A stretch of 64,000 bases of DNA from Paramoeba atlantica (Eukaryota; Protista; Discosea), in NCBI GenBank assembly GCA_977017575.1, contig CDRNVI010000020.1:496001-560000 (forward strand), read 5' to 3'. A program made the translations under genes and the position numbers. Of this stretch, positions 1 to 9,806 are shown one piece after another (the first letter of the stretch is position 1; every line of letters starts with the position of its first letter). The notes under the pieces were generated by a model. The model did no database searches. It saw only the letters and a list, made by a program, of their open reading frames with translations, and was not told the origin of the DNA.

Positions 1-12
1 TAAAAAGAATTT

Positions 13-164
13 GGCGCCGCTTCGCGGCGCCTTTTTTACGGACAAACATGTTCATATGCAGAATTAGTTCTATTTAACGAGTGCGTTGTTGAACAAACAC
101 CGCTAATCTCGAGAAAATGGGAATAAAGAACCCGCAAAAAAATGCGGCGCCGCTTCGCGGCGCC
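13..164. repeat. Two GGCGCCGC-TTC-GCGGCGCC hairpins (13-31, 146-164); GCGAAGC mini-hairpin on the minus strand
   Basis: Perfect 8-bp stems with a 3-nt loop, read directly; the same motif recurs across the window. Confidence 0.9.
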
Positions 165-174
165 ATATTTTGTT

Positions 175-221
175 GGGGGGGCACAATAACGGTGGTCGTT
201 TCCACTTATTGTGCCCCCCCC
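175..221. repeat. Back-to-back MITE ends (GGGGGGGCACAA-TA ... TA-TTGTGCCCCCCCC)
   Basis: Matches the TIR family YTGTGMCCCCCC seen at 4624, 5280 and 19686. Confidence 0.6.
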
Positions 222-389
222 TGCACAATAAGTAGCTCTAGGTAAAATAGCCCGGAACAGGGTTTAATTTCAAAATTATTGATTTAAGAAAGATTTTTTT
301 GTAAAATATTTTACCCAGTACAACCAGTGCTACCCAGTGTTACCCATAGAAACTTCTAAAAAGGCGGACTTGCAGAGGGTCCAATAGTG

Positions 390-1211
390 AAACTTGCAAA
401 TGGATCATCGCATGTTGTGCGCAATACGAAAAAGAACGCGCCGCGAAGCGGCGCGAAATTTTTTTTACCCTTTTTGCAAAGCAAAGTTATTATACCTAGG
501 GATACTTATTATACCTAGGGACACTTACAGTGCTCGCAAAACTTAGTAAAACTTTTATTGTAAAATAATAAAAAAGTTTTACTAATTAAAAATTCACTAA
601 TTTTTGTTTTACTAATTTTTGCACTGCCCCCAAAAAAATTGCCAACTTGATAAAATCAATTTTTACAGAAACGGTATTTCTGTCGTTTGAGTGGGCTGTC
701 TCCTCTAAGGTCGGCGTTAGTACCATCTGCAAAATGGTAATGCTAAGGCAGACTGCGAGGAGGTCCCGACCATGCTTCATCATGCTGAGTGTGTCAGGCT
801 TCAGTGAAGCGTATTACAAGGAAAATCCCCCAAAAAGGGATTGACTTCGATGAAATTTCAGCTCAAACTTTCGTCGAACATCTTCGCCCCGAAAAACACC
901 ACGAGTGTGTTCGAATAACCAATTCTTTTGCTCATCTGTTAAGGAAGTTCTGGGGGGCGTCATGTTAGACGAAGCACTTATCAGTTTGCTGAGCAATATC
1001 ATTTCTCCGATGTCGTGCGACATAGTAATCTGAAAACTTTTCGTAAAAAAAATAGAATTCCGAAAAAAAGAAAGTAAGGTGTAAAACCTGAATTTCGTAA
1101 AATGTTTTACTAATTAAAAATTTACTATTTTTTGTTTTACGAATTAATGTTACACTAATAATTGTGTGCACTGTATTATACCTCCTAGGCATAATAACCC
1201 GGACGGTGGTT
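390..1211. mobile_element. Right part of an AACC-TIR MITE, split by the 528-1173 insertion
   Basis: 390-527 plus 1174-1211 align with 26671-26828 (hairpin, TTATTATACCTAGG subterminal repeats, end TAACCCGGACGGTGGTT followed by TA). Confidence 0.8.
528..1173. mobile_element. Internally deleted Tc1/mariner/pogo-type element with CAGTGC ends and TA TSD
   Basis: TA-CAGTGCTCGCAA ... TTGTGTGCACTG-TA. A second copy lies at ~55788-56559. A minus-strand remnant MTPPRTSLTDEQKNWLF resembles a transposase N-terminal HTH. Confidence 0.8.
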
Positions 1212-1685
1212 TAAAAGGGGGCCCCGGTGGTCCAAAACTGAAAACAAAATTCAAAAAATTCAAAACAAATCGAGCGCGGGGAAGTGGTAGAGTAGGCCGC
1301 GACGATGATTTTCCACCCCCCACCTGGGGGTACCCCCTGGTACGCGCAGGAGGGGTTCGACAAGGTCAAAATTTTCCAAAATTTTAGGATGGCCAAAAAA
1401 ACAATTTGACTCAAAAAAAAGTAAAAAAATATTTTCCAAAATCTACTACAGAAATCTATAGGTGAGATGATAATTCATTTTGTATATCTGCGAAACAAGA
1501 CCAATAAGTTCTTTTTTGAGTGCAGTGTTTTTTGAGTGAAGATTTTAGTGGATATTTTTTTCCTATATCACTATTTTTTCGCTTGTCACTCTTTAAATAG
1601 TATTTTTTTCTTTTGCTGTTTTTTGTTGGAAATTCAACAACTCAGTGGAGAGTCTGCAGATGGGCTAGGTTGGGGTTCCAAAAAA

Positions 1686-1735
1686 ACCTACACGAACCTA
1701 CACGGATCTACGCGAATTCACACAGACTTACACAG
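1686..1735 (+). repeat. Degenerate 10-bp tandem repeat ACCTACACGA x5
   Basis: Read directly; same unit as 5041-5140. Confidence 0.75.
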
Positions 1736-1792
1736 AACCACTTTTTTTCCTATTTCTAGTAGTTTTACTTTAGTTCATTTTTAATATTTTTC

Positions 1793-2055
1793 TTTTTTAG
1801 GCTCTTCGGTAAACACGGTGGTTGTTTTCAACTTAGAAGTCACTCATGCTGCGAGCTTCGCGTTGAAAACTACCCCTGCGAAACTAAAACTAAACTTAGG
1901 CCCTGCGAAGAGCCTAAAAAAGAAAAATTGGTTACGAAAGCCGAAAAAAGGGAAGGATTTGAACCAAAAATCACCTATTTTTAGGTAAAAATGGGGGCGT
2001 TTTTGCGTACTTTTGCTCTGAGAGCGCTAAATCCAATATTTTCGTGTAGGAACGA
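1793..2055. mobile_element. Foldback unit (TTTTAGGCTCTTCG...CGAAGAGCCTAAAA) plus shared tail
   Basis: Homologous to 55364-55468, 60769-61130, 62291-62398 and 62493-62880. Confidence 0.8.
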
Positions 2056-2227
2056 TCATTACCATCATAAGGATTATTAGTATTGTGCCTAAACGGGTTT
2101 ATTCCTTCAGTTGTCTAACTGTGAAAGTGATTTTCTTCTCTTTCCTATTTCATTACCAGTCTATTTAACATACCTATACCTTGATAACATACCGGGGGGT
2201 ATGTTAAATGGGGTATGTGGTTTATGT

Positions 2228-2417
2228 TTTTTTCATCAAAATATCAAGCTCCAAGCACACACAAGACTCGAACGAGCACAAGAGCAAAGATCGCGCCGCG
2301 AAGCGGCGCGAAAGAATTTTTGGTCCTTTTCTGCTAATTTTTTTATATTCCTATACCTCGTTATATTCCTATACCCTCTTAATATTCCTACCAGGAATAT
2401 TAACCCGGACAGTGGTT
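2228..2417. mobile_element. AACC-family MITE right part with GCGAAGC hairpin (2291-2311)
   Basis: Ends TAACCCGGACAGTGGTT followed by TA; the interior aligns with 60643-60766. Confidence 0.7.
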
Positions 2418-2604
2418 TAATTCGGTCTACTTTACCTGAGGGGCTGCGGGTTATTATTCCGAAACACCGCGAAACAGCGGTTTGTTTTCCAGTCTTGCGC
2501 AGGTGATGAAAAGTCTGAAAATTCATGTACAAGCTCATAACATGCACTTAATAATGTCCGTTATGTTCCCTTATGCTCTGTGTTAACGTGTATGATGGCA
2601 TATC

Positions 2605-3711
2605 ATGTGCAAAGCTTATAACCACAATAATATTTGGCTTATTTGTGAAAATCTTCGTATCAATATACCTTTCTTGAGCCTTTTAATGTACGGAATAAGC
2701 CATGAACAGGTTAATCAAGTGTATTCCGAGCTACAGCGGGTTCACGGCGCCGTTATAGGGGAAAAAGACATGCGGCGTCTAAAATCTTCCCTATGCATGT
2801 GCGCTTTAAACTGCACATGGGAACAATTGCATGACCTCCAGGGGCTTTGGACGAGCCCGAATGATCCGCCAGTTTCTATCCGCGCCTTGCGTGAAGATTT
2901 CTCGCGCACAGCAAAGTTACTTTCCTCCCCGCACCTGGTGAACCCAAACTTGCGATTTCAGCATGGTATACCGTGGCTTTCGGATGTGACATGTATCGTA
3001 GATGTCACCACGATTCCTTGCCGAGCGCGCAAGAAGCACACTGTTTGGGACAGCACGCGTGGTGAGTACGTGCAAAAAGACGCAACTTACCCTGGAAAGC
3101 ATCATGAGCATTGTTTTAAAGTAGAATTTTGGATGACGTTGGCCGGAGTTCCTTTCTTTTTTCGAGGACCTGTGAATGGAACTATCCATGATGCGAAAAT
3201 TTACAGTACTACTACAACTGACAAGACTTCACTTTTCAGTCATCACAAAGACGAAATGTTTCTTGGAGATCTTGGGTATATAGGTTGCAATCATTGTTTC
3301 GTGCCATATAAAGAGTACAATAAGAAAAAACTCACAGAAGAAGAAAAACAAGTGAACGCACGATTGTCTCTGGTGCGCTCCCGCATAGAAAGATGTTTTT
3401 CTTTTTTTGATAAATTTCGATGTTTTCATGGGACCGATCATGATATCGGATGGGTTAGAAATGCAGTGCAGATTGTTTCAGTAGTGATCTATGGAATACT
3501 AGCATCTGGCCCTCAATATGATGTAGATAACACTGTTGTTAAGTCATTGCAAGTGTTAGATGAGCCATCCGAGTGCTGGTGCAGTCGGGGGTGTGGTGTC
3601 GTGGAGCCGATAGGAACGCGCCGTGATTTTCTTAAGGAGCACATTCATCATGTGCCGTATAACCCAAAGAAGCCAGGTAAAGGTAAGAAGAAGAAGGAGT
3701 TGTCTGAATAG
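2605..3711 (+). CDS. PIF/Harbinger-type DDE transposase (DDE_Tnp_4-like), 368 aa
   Basis: Motifs CIVDVTTIPC, YPGKHH, GTIHDAKIY, FLGDLGYIG and RSRIERCF; basic C-terminal tail. Confidence 0.9.
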   Translation: MCKAYNHNNIWLICENLRINIPFLSLLMYGISHEQVNQVYSELQRVHGAVIGEKDMRRLKSSLCMCALNCTWEQLHDLQGLWTSPNDPPVSIRALREDFSRTAKLLSSPHLVNPNLRFQHGIPWLSDVTCIVDVTTIPCRARKKHTVWDSTRGEYVQKDATYPGKHHEHCFKVEFWMTLAGVPFFFRGPVNGTIHDAKIYSTTTTDKTSLFSHHKDEMFLGDLGYIGCNHCFVPYKEYNKKKLTEEEKQVNARLSLVRSRIERCFSFFDKFRCFHGTDHDIGWVRNAVQIVSVVIYGILASGPQYDVDNTVVKSLQVLDEPSECWCSRGCGVVEPIGTRRDFLKEHIHHVPYNPKKPGKGKKKKELSE

Positions 3712-3742
3712 AAATATGATCGTATTTAAGTTTAATAAGATA

Positions 3743-3869
3743 ACTACACCATACGAATAGATGTCGCTACGAATAAAATAACTACAGCTTACTACACCAT
3801 ACGAATAGATGTCGGCACGAATAAAATAACTACAGCTTACTACACCATACGAATAGATGTCGACACGAA
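3743..3869 (+). repeat. 48-bp tandem repeat x2.6 between the two transposon ORFs
   Basis: Units start at 3743, 3791 and 3839 (ACTACACCATACGAATAGATGTCG...). Confidence 0.9.
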
Positions 3870-3928
3870 AATTTTTATTTTTCACATTTTTTAGCATTCT
3901 TTTTAGTATAATATTCCTTCTGTAGAAT

Positions 3929-4558
3929 ATGGACGCAGAGGACGACAAATCTTTAAAGAAAAGGATCCTTCGTGAATTTGAAGACGACGAGGTGGCAGAA
4001 GATGATATCATTGAGCTCGTCGTTAGCTCGACGAAAAAGGTTTTCACGAAACGCGTAACTGTGCTTGATAAGCCAGTCCTCCTGATTTCTCCTGAAGAGC
4101 TTGGTGAGAAGGTGACAAGCATCATGGAACGGGTAAACAGGGCCCTGGAATGTTTTTCTGTGGGAAAGAGGAGCATTGGTAATGTTCCTGTTGGCTCCTC
4201 TATCCTTCGTCGCACAGTTCTTCTTCTGGTACAGCACCGAGAACATCTCCTACTCGATGTGCGTCCACGTGAACTGTACTTTCTGGGTGAGGTTACCCAA
4301 GACATGGAAAGCTACCTTGAGGAGCAACCATTATATGCTCCGCGACGAAAAGGCGAGGTGGGAGACTTTGTCGAGAGCTTGTGGCGCTCGATCACGGGAC
4401 AACGGTCTCGCGCTTGCGCAGCATGGCGCCAAAAAAGGATGAAAGCTTCCACTTCCCTCGAAGCAAGCGCTGAAAGCAGCCAAGTGGAAAGTGACCAAGT
4501 GGAGAGCCCTGCAAAGGGCCTATCGGGCAGGGTCATTCGATTTCCCGAGCTCGAGTAA
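3929..4558 (+). CDS. Transposon companion protein (ORF2), 209 aa, unrecognised fold
   Basis: Intact ORF inside the TIRs, preceded by a T-rich tract and AG. PHIS elements typically carry a second ORF. Confidence 0.7.
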   Translation: MDAEDDKSLKKRILREFEDDEVAEDDIIELVVSSTKKVFTKRVTVLDKPVLLISPEELGEKVTSIMERVNRALECFSVGKRSIGNVPVGSSILRRTVLLLVQHREHLLLDVRPRELYFLGEVTQDMESYLEEQPLYAPRRKGEVGDFVESLWRSITGQRSRACAAWRQKRMKASTSLEASAESSQVESDQVESPAKGLSGRVIRFPELE

Positions 4559-4623
4559 AACGCTATGGGGCGAAAAAGGGAATACGAAGTGCGAAAGTGT
4601 AAAGATCAGCACTAAGTACAGTA

Positions 4624-4711
4624 CTGTAACCCGCCTTTAATATACACCTCCCCCCCAAACCCCCCTATCATAGAGACAAAACGTATTATTCTACGTTAAA
4701 GGGGGTCACAG
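4624..4711. mobile_element. 88-bp MITE (CTGT..ACAG, TA TSD) nested in the Harbinger-group element
   Basis: TA-CTGTAACCCGCCTTTAA ... TTAAAGGGGGTCACAG-TA. Confidence 0.7.
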
Positions 4712-5040
4712 TATTTGAAATGTGTTCAACTTTTTTAATATTTGCGAATGAGTGCTGAAGATCAGTTTTGAAATGTATAGTACATTAATATCTTAATCTT
4801 TTTTATGCATGGAGATCATCGCGGCATACTCCCGAACTTTGCCCCCCTCGAGTGCCTACTCTGCTTTCATTCATAGGTTATTTCAAATAAAAAATAGCTA
4901 CTATTTCCTTTTTGACTTACCTAGTGTTGAAACGCCGCGAAACAGCGTGAAACAGCGCTTTACGTCATCCGCAGCCCCTCACCTACATGCAATCATCCTA
5001 GCGGCCGAGCCATTGAACCATCTCAAAAAATCTCAAAAAG

Positions 5041-5140
5041 ACCTACACGAGCCTACACGAATCTACACGGATTACCACGAACCTACACGTACCTACACAG
5101 CTCGTCACGGACCAACACGAACTTACACAGACCTACAGCA
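5041..5140 (+). repeat. Degenerate 10-bp tandem repeat ACCTACACGA x10
   Basis: Read directly. Confidence 0.8.
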
Positions 5141-5279
5141 TACTCTCCAGTACAATTGACGAAAACTGTACACTGATGTTAAGAAGCACTTCTTTCTTGC
5201 CCTCTTTAGGTCCATCAAAAAAATTATACTAAAAGTTTTAAGCAGTACAAGGCGGAATGTAGCTTCCATTTCTCTCATA

Positions 5280-5586
5280 CTGTGACCCCCCACTTTATAC
5301 TTCGCTGGTCAGACCCCTCCTTTATACTTTGTTTTCTGTGTGCCCCCCCCCGAAGGGGGGATGTCTTTTTTTTCCGTATTTTTTCAATTTTTTAAAAAAA
5401 ATGCAAGAACGCTCTAAGTCTCCCCTTCTAGGAATGGAAGGTGATATAAAAGGAAAGACAGAAAAACTGGATGAGCCGCGCCGCGAAGCGGCGCGGCTCT
5501 TTTTTACAGCGGAGAAAAAATTCAGGCCCCCCCATTTATACTTCGTTACTGCTCGAAATGGGCGAAGTATAAAGGGGGGGGCACAG
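5280..5586. mobile_element. 307-bp MITE with ~26-bp TIR, TA TSD and a 12-bp-stem GAA hairpin (5473-5499)
   Basis: TA-CTGTGACCCCCCACTTTATACTTCGC ... GCGAAGTATAAAGGGGGGGGCACAG-TA. Confidence 0.9.
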
Positions 5587-5890
5587 TATTAGATTTCTGC
5601 TGTTGATATTCTACTTGTATTAGATTCTACTTTGCCTAAAATGTATTTTTTCTCTTTTCTAGTCTTGCCCCATACAAACTTTTCCTTTGGTTTATTTACA
5701 ATATGAATTTCTAATTCGTGTACTTGGCTGCACAATGTGATGCTTTTTGTAACAAACTATTCCTACGCAGCATAACGGGGGTACGCTTCTAATTATCATT
5801 AGCGATGGTAATTCTTTTTTATTTAAATTTTTACTACTAGAAACCCGTGCAATTGTTCGTTTTCTTTACATTTCCTTTTCATACATTTTC

Positions 5891-7048
5891 ATGCGTTCTC
5901 TCGTATTTATTATCATTGCTCTCTGTACTGGTGTGACGTACACATCCGACGTGGAGACACACATTCGTCAGCGTCTTGAAGCATCGATTAGAGAATTTAC
6001 TACCGACCTGTGTGTTAAAGGTAATTTCGGTACTGGAAAATTTAGTTGCTGTTATTCGTATTTTCAGAACACAACAAGAACTGTGATAGATACTTACACA
6101 GAACACGTTGAATTGTTTTGGGATTCAGCTCGTCCAGGATATCGTACATTTTCTCAATCGTACGAGAGTATTGTCTCTGGTACCCCTCAATGGGGAAAAT
6201 TGCCGCCAACAGTGCAAACCATTTCCCTTGCAGATAACAATTTCAATGGCGCCATTCGGCTTTATAACGCATCCCTCCTGACGAGATTCAATGTCTCAAG
6301 TAATTCCTTTTGTGGAAGTGTAGAGTTCCTCTCCCACGCCCCTAAGCTACAACATGCAGATCTCAGCAACAATAGGTTTAGCGGATCAGTAATTTTTTCA
6401 GAACTTCCAAGCTCGCTGATTTCATTAAATTTGTCAAACAATAGGTTTGTTCGCTCTGTGGACATGACGCTTCTTCCCCAATGTCTTGAATTTTTGGATT
6501 TAAGCCAAAACGAATTCGATGGTTCGATTGAGTTGGATCGCCTTCCTTCTTGTCTTGCTACTGTAATTCTGTCGTCTAATCATTTTACGGGTCCACTGGA
6601 TTTCTCAAATTTGAGTTCGAATATTGCTTTCAACAAGACCCACGAGTGTTGCTTTGCCATCTCAACTTCTCCCAATTCACAATTTGCTACTCTTCCCCCG
6701 ATAATTGAGAAGCTGGACATCAGTAATAATCATTTTTATGGTCCTTTAAACTTACGAAATTTGCCCTCGTCTTTACGATACCTGAATTTGAGTAGCAACC
6801 GCTTTAGCGGAGAGCCCTCGCTTCCTACAACGCTGTCTTCCCTCTCTACGTTAGATATGAGTGAAAATCGAATGCATGGACACGTCAGCTTGCTTGCCTA
6901 TGGTGATGGGACAAAAGTGGACATCTCGAATAATTTTTTTACAGGATACTTGAGTCCTCTTTTTAAGCTTCATGAAGAAACCAAAATTCTTCCTCAAAAT
7001 CATATTCGTAGACTGGCACTGTGTTTTCCGCCATCCATAGAAAAGTGA
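5891..7048 (+). CDS. Secreted/surface leucine-rich repeat protein
   Basis: Hydrophobic signal peptide; repeated LxxLxLSxNxFxGxxxLxxLP. Confidence 0.85.
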   Translation: MRSLVFIIIALCTGVTYTSDVETHIRQRLEASIREFTTDLCVKGNFGTGKFSCCYSYFQNTTRTVIDTYTEHVELFWDSARPGYRTFSQSYESIVSGTPQWGKLPPTVQTISLADNNFNGAIRLYNASLLTRFNVSSNSFCGSVEFLSHAPKLQHADLSNNRFSGSVIFSELPSSLISLNLSNNRFVRSVDMTLLPQCLEFLDLSQNEFDGSIELDRLPSCLATVILSSNHFTGPLDFSNLSSNIAFNKTHECCFAISTSPNSQFATLPPIIEKLDISNNHFYGPLNLRNLPSSLRYLNLSSNRFSGEPSLPTTLSSLSTLDMSENRMHGHVSLLAYGDGTKVDISNNFFTGYLSPLFKLHEETKILPQNHIRRLALCFPPSIEK

Positions 7049-7666
7049 CCGGCATTTCAGTATCCTTATTTTCTTGCCCATTATTCCATAGTCAATTCAG
7101 AGTGCTTTTTCTTGCCGATCTTTCTTTAGATATTTAATTTTTATATTCGCCCTGTTTATTCATTTTCTAATTCGCACTATCCAATCATAGCCATATCATA
7201 TTCATGTGCATATCATATTTTTTTGTCTACACTTGTGTGCTGTGCGGTTTTCGTCTTCAAAGTAAATTTGGTTCAAGTAGTGTAACTCGGCCTTAAACAA
7301 CTCAGCCTTCTTTTATCTTGCCTGAATCCTACTCTTTATTTTAGATATTTTTACATATGTTATGTATACATTACCTTGATATAAAATATCACCTCTACAT
7401 GGAATCAAGGATTACACGATACGCACATTCTCTTTTTTGTTTAAAGTGCTGGCTTTGTGTGCATAAACCCTTGCCTTCGTTCATAATTCTAGATTATGCG
7501 AAGGTGCATTTACGTGCTTTCCTCATCTTCCTGAAGTGCCACAAGATCTACCTTGATTGCTTTGACGCAAGGGGGACATTAGTTCTAAAACAACAGAATT
7601 AAAAACGTGGAGCTGTTGAACTTCACTATTAAATTAATAAATGAATTTAGTATTTCTTTTTTTTAA

Positions 7667-8929
7667 ATGAACACAGACAAAACGCAGAGTCTACTACGCT
7701 CCGCGACTGCTTGCCTTGAGGAGATACGAAAAATTTACATCCCTTCTAAATCTTCTAGTTTGAAATCTACCGACTCTCAACTTCTTGCTTCACAAATTTT
7801 TCGCGTACGTCAAGAACAGCATCGTGTTTACGAACATCTAATCGCACTCTATCAAACAATTATCCCGCATCTTGCTTCCAACTGTCCAGACGAAAAATCT
7901 TATATCGAGGTACTAAAGGCTCTAGGACCCGAACTTTCCGCACAAAATCTATTAAGCAGTGATTTATCAAGACACACAGTCAATGCCGTAATTGTGTGCA
8001 TTCCTACAAAAGAAACAAATGAAGGCGACGCAACCACATGGAGTGAAAGCACAAAATTGCAAACAAATACTTCACAAAATTCTCCCGTAGCTTTCGAGTC
8101 GGTTGCTTCTTTATGGAAAACCGAGATCTTACCCTTTCTGTCCGTTTATGATCAGCTCTTTGAAATCTACCAAAAATTACTGTCTCAGTTCCGACTACAA
8201 GCGGCTCATATTGCCCCCAATCTCTCTTCTCTTTGTGGCAAGCAGGTCACCGGATTACTCCTTGGACTCACGGGAGGTCTATCTGAGCTTGCACGTATGA
8301 CAGGGTCTCAAATTCGTGCACTCAAGACTTCGGTCCCATCGATCACAAATTTACAAGCAGGAAAATTAAATGGGGTAAGAACGCCTACGGTTCTTTCTCA
8401 TGTTTCATGGGTACGGAAGCAATTTCCAGACCCCAGTGAGTACCAAAGTGTTCTTCGGCACTTAGCCAACAAAGTGGTGTTGGCTGCACGATGTGATGCT
8501 TTTCGTACGGTTCAACCCGACCAACAAAGTTTGGAAAGCACAAACGGTACAAAAAATAGAAACGTTTCGAATATCTCTGAAAACGAAAACACAGAAACGG
8601 ATTTTACATCTGAAAGTGAAACCGAAAAAAGTGTTTTGAATCTTTCTGTGCCACAAGAAAGTTTACCTGCGGAAAAGAGTAAACAAAAAGTTTCCTCTTT
8701 AGGAGCATACGGCAAACAACTTCGCCGTGAGCTCTGCGCGACAGAGCTTCGAAGATACACAAAGGAGGAAGAGGAGGAGAGAGCTCTCCCTCGACCAGAG
8801 CCCCCGAAACATCGCGTGAGCCGGGGAGGGTGGAGAGCCCGGCTCCGACGTAAGAGGGAGCGAGAGGTGGCTTATGCGGAAAAACAAACAGAGGAGGTCA
8901 CTCAGAGTTGGGAGGCGGCGGATTGGTAG
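7667..8929 (+). CDS. PRP31: U4/U6.U5 tri-snRNP protein Prp31-like (Nop domain)
   Basis: Nop-domain motifs LLGLTGGLSELARM and NKVVLAARCDAF; C-terminal ALPRP...RGG. Confidence 0.75.
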   Translation: MNTDKTQSLLRSATACLEEIRKIYIPSKSSSLKSTDSQLLASQIFRVRQEQHRVYEHLIALYQTIIPHLASNCPDEKSYIEVLKALGPELSAQNLLSSDLSRHTVNAVIVCIPTKETNEGDATTWSESTKLQTNTSQNSPVAFESVASLWKTEILPFLSVYDQLFEIYQKLLSQFRLQAAHIAPNLSSLCGKQVTGLLLGLTGGLSELARMTGSQIRALKTSVPSITNLQAGKLNGVRTPTVLSHVSWVRKQFPDPSEYQSVLRHLANKVVLAARCDAFRTVQPDQQSLESTNGTKNRNVSNISENENTETDFTSESETEKSVLNLSVPQESLPAEKSKQKVSSLGAYGKQLRRELCATELRRYTKEEEEERALPRPEPPKHRVSRGGWRARLRRKREREVAYAEKQTEEVTQSWEAADW

Positions 8930-9119
8930 AGAGAGGGAATAGAAGAGAAGGGGAAAAAGTGTATTTTGGTGCGGAATTCCATATTTCTGTATTGAATAGG
9001 TATGAAATATGAGATAATGGTCTATTTTTCGTCAATATTTGTAGGTGACAGGGTTAACTTTCTTTTTTGATAAAATTAATACATTTTCTTCATTCTTAAT
9101 TTACACACGGAGAGAAGAC

Positions 9120-9602
9120 ATGGACTATCTTCGTTCCATGAAATTTATGAAGCGGAAAGAGGAAGCTGATCGTTTACGTAGACTTCGGGAGGCCGCGAAG
9201 CGTGGTCCTGCTGCACTGCAGCATGAGGAACAGCAGGAAGGTTCTTCCTCCACCACCCATTCGAAATCCTTTAGCTCTAATGCATCTTATCGTATGGGTG
9301 AAGTCCGCAAACCCGCGATAAGTCTATCTATTGGTTCATCATCTTTGAAATCAAATAGTGACGAACATGTTTCGGGAAGAAATGAGGTCGAAACCGTGCT
9401 GGTTCGATACGATCGTCGATTCTCGGAAACTCTGCATCCTCACGGTCGAAAACAATTCTTAAATTTTTGTTCTCTTCCAACAAATGCGAAGCCAAACACC
9501 GACTCTTCAGATGCTACTCCGCCCACGTCTCCTATGGAAACGTTAGAACTTGGGGACACTCACACTCAGTCTGATGAAATTTCTGATGTAAGCAAAGAGT
9601 AA
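9120..9602 (+). CDS. MPP6-like exosome cofactor (tentative)
   Basis: N-terminal LRSMKFMKR and internal GRKQFLNF resemble the two conserved MPP6 motifs. Confidence 0.45.
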   Translation: MDYLRSMKFMKRKEEADRLRRLREAAKRGPAALQHEEQQEGSSSTTHSKSFSSNASYRMGEVRKPAISLSIGSSSLKSNSDEHVSGRNEVETVLVRYDRRFSETLHPHGRKQFLNFCSLPTNAKPNTDSSDATPPTSPMETLELGDTHTQSDEISDVSKE

Positions 9603-9806
9603 TTTGCAAAGTTTCGTTTCACTATGTATTTCTTCTGTTCTAATTATGAATTGTGTAAATTCTTTAATGTAGTAAACCATTCTATTCTTGTTTGATATAT
9701 TTTTTCTCAAACACTTTACTGTTTTCTTATCTATCCCCTCATAAACCAAGCATGGCGACGGATTAAAGTCATTTTCACTTTCTTCTACCTTCTATTTTCA
9801 CCCGAC

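Larger units (their letters stand above)
2437..4981 (+). mobile_element. Apparently intact PIF/Harbinger-group (PHIS) DNA transposon with two ORFs
   Basis: 13-bp TIR TGAGGGGCTGCGG / CCGCAGCCCCTCA; subterminal CGCGAAACAGCG repeats at both ends; encloses a DDE_Tnp_4-type transposase and a second ORF. Confidence 0.8.

Noticed and set aside
3743-3869. CRISPR-like array
   Set aside because: Units are contiguous 48-bp tandem copies without unique spacers; there are no cas genes and the context is eukaryotic.
3556-4305. 249-aa minus-strand ORF across the transposon
   Set aside because: Low-complexity shadow of ORF2 and the 48-bp repeat; no motif.
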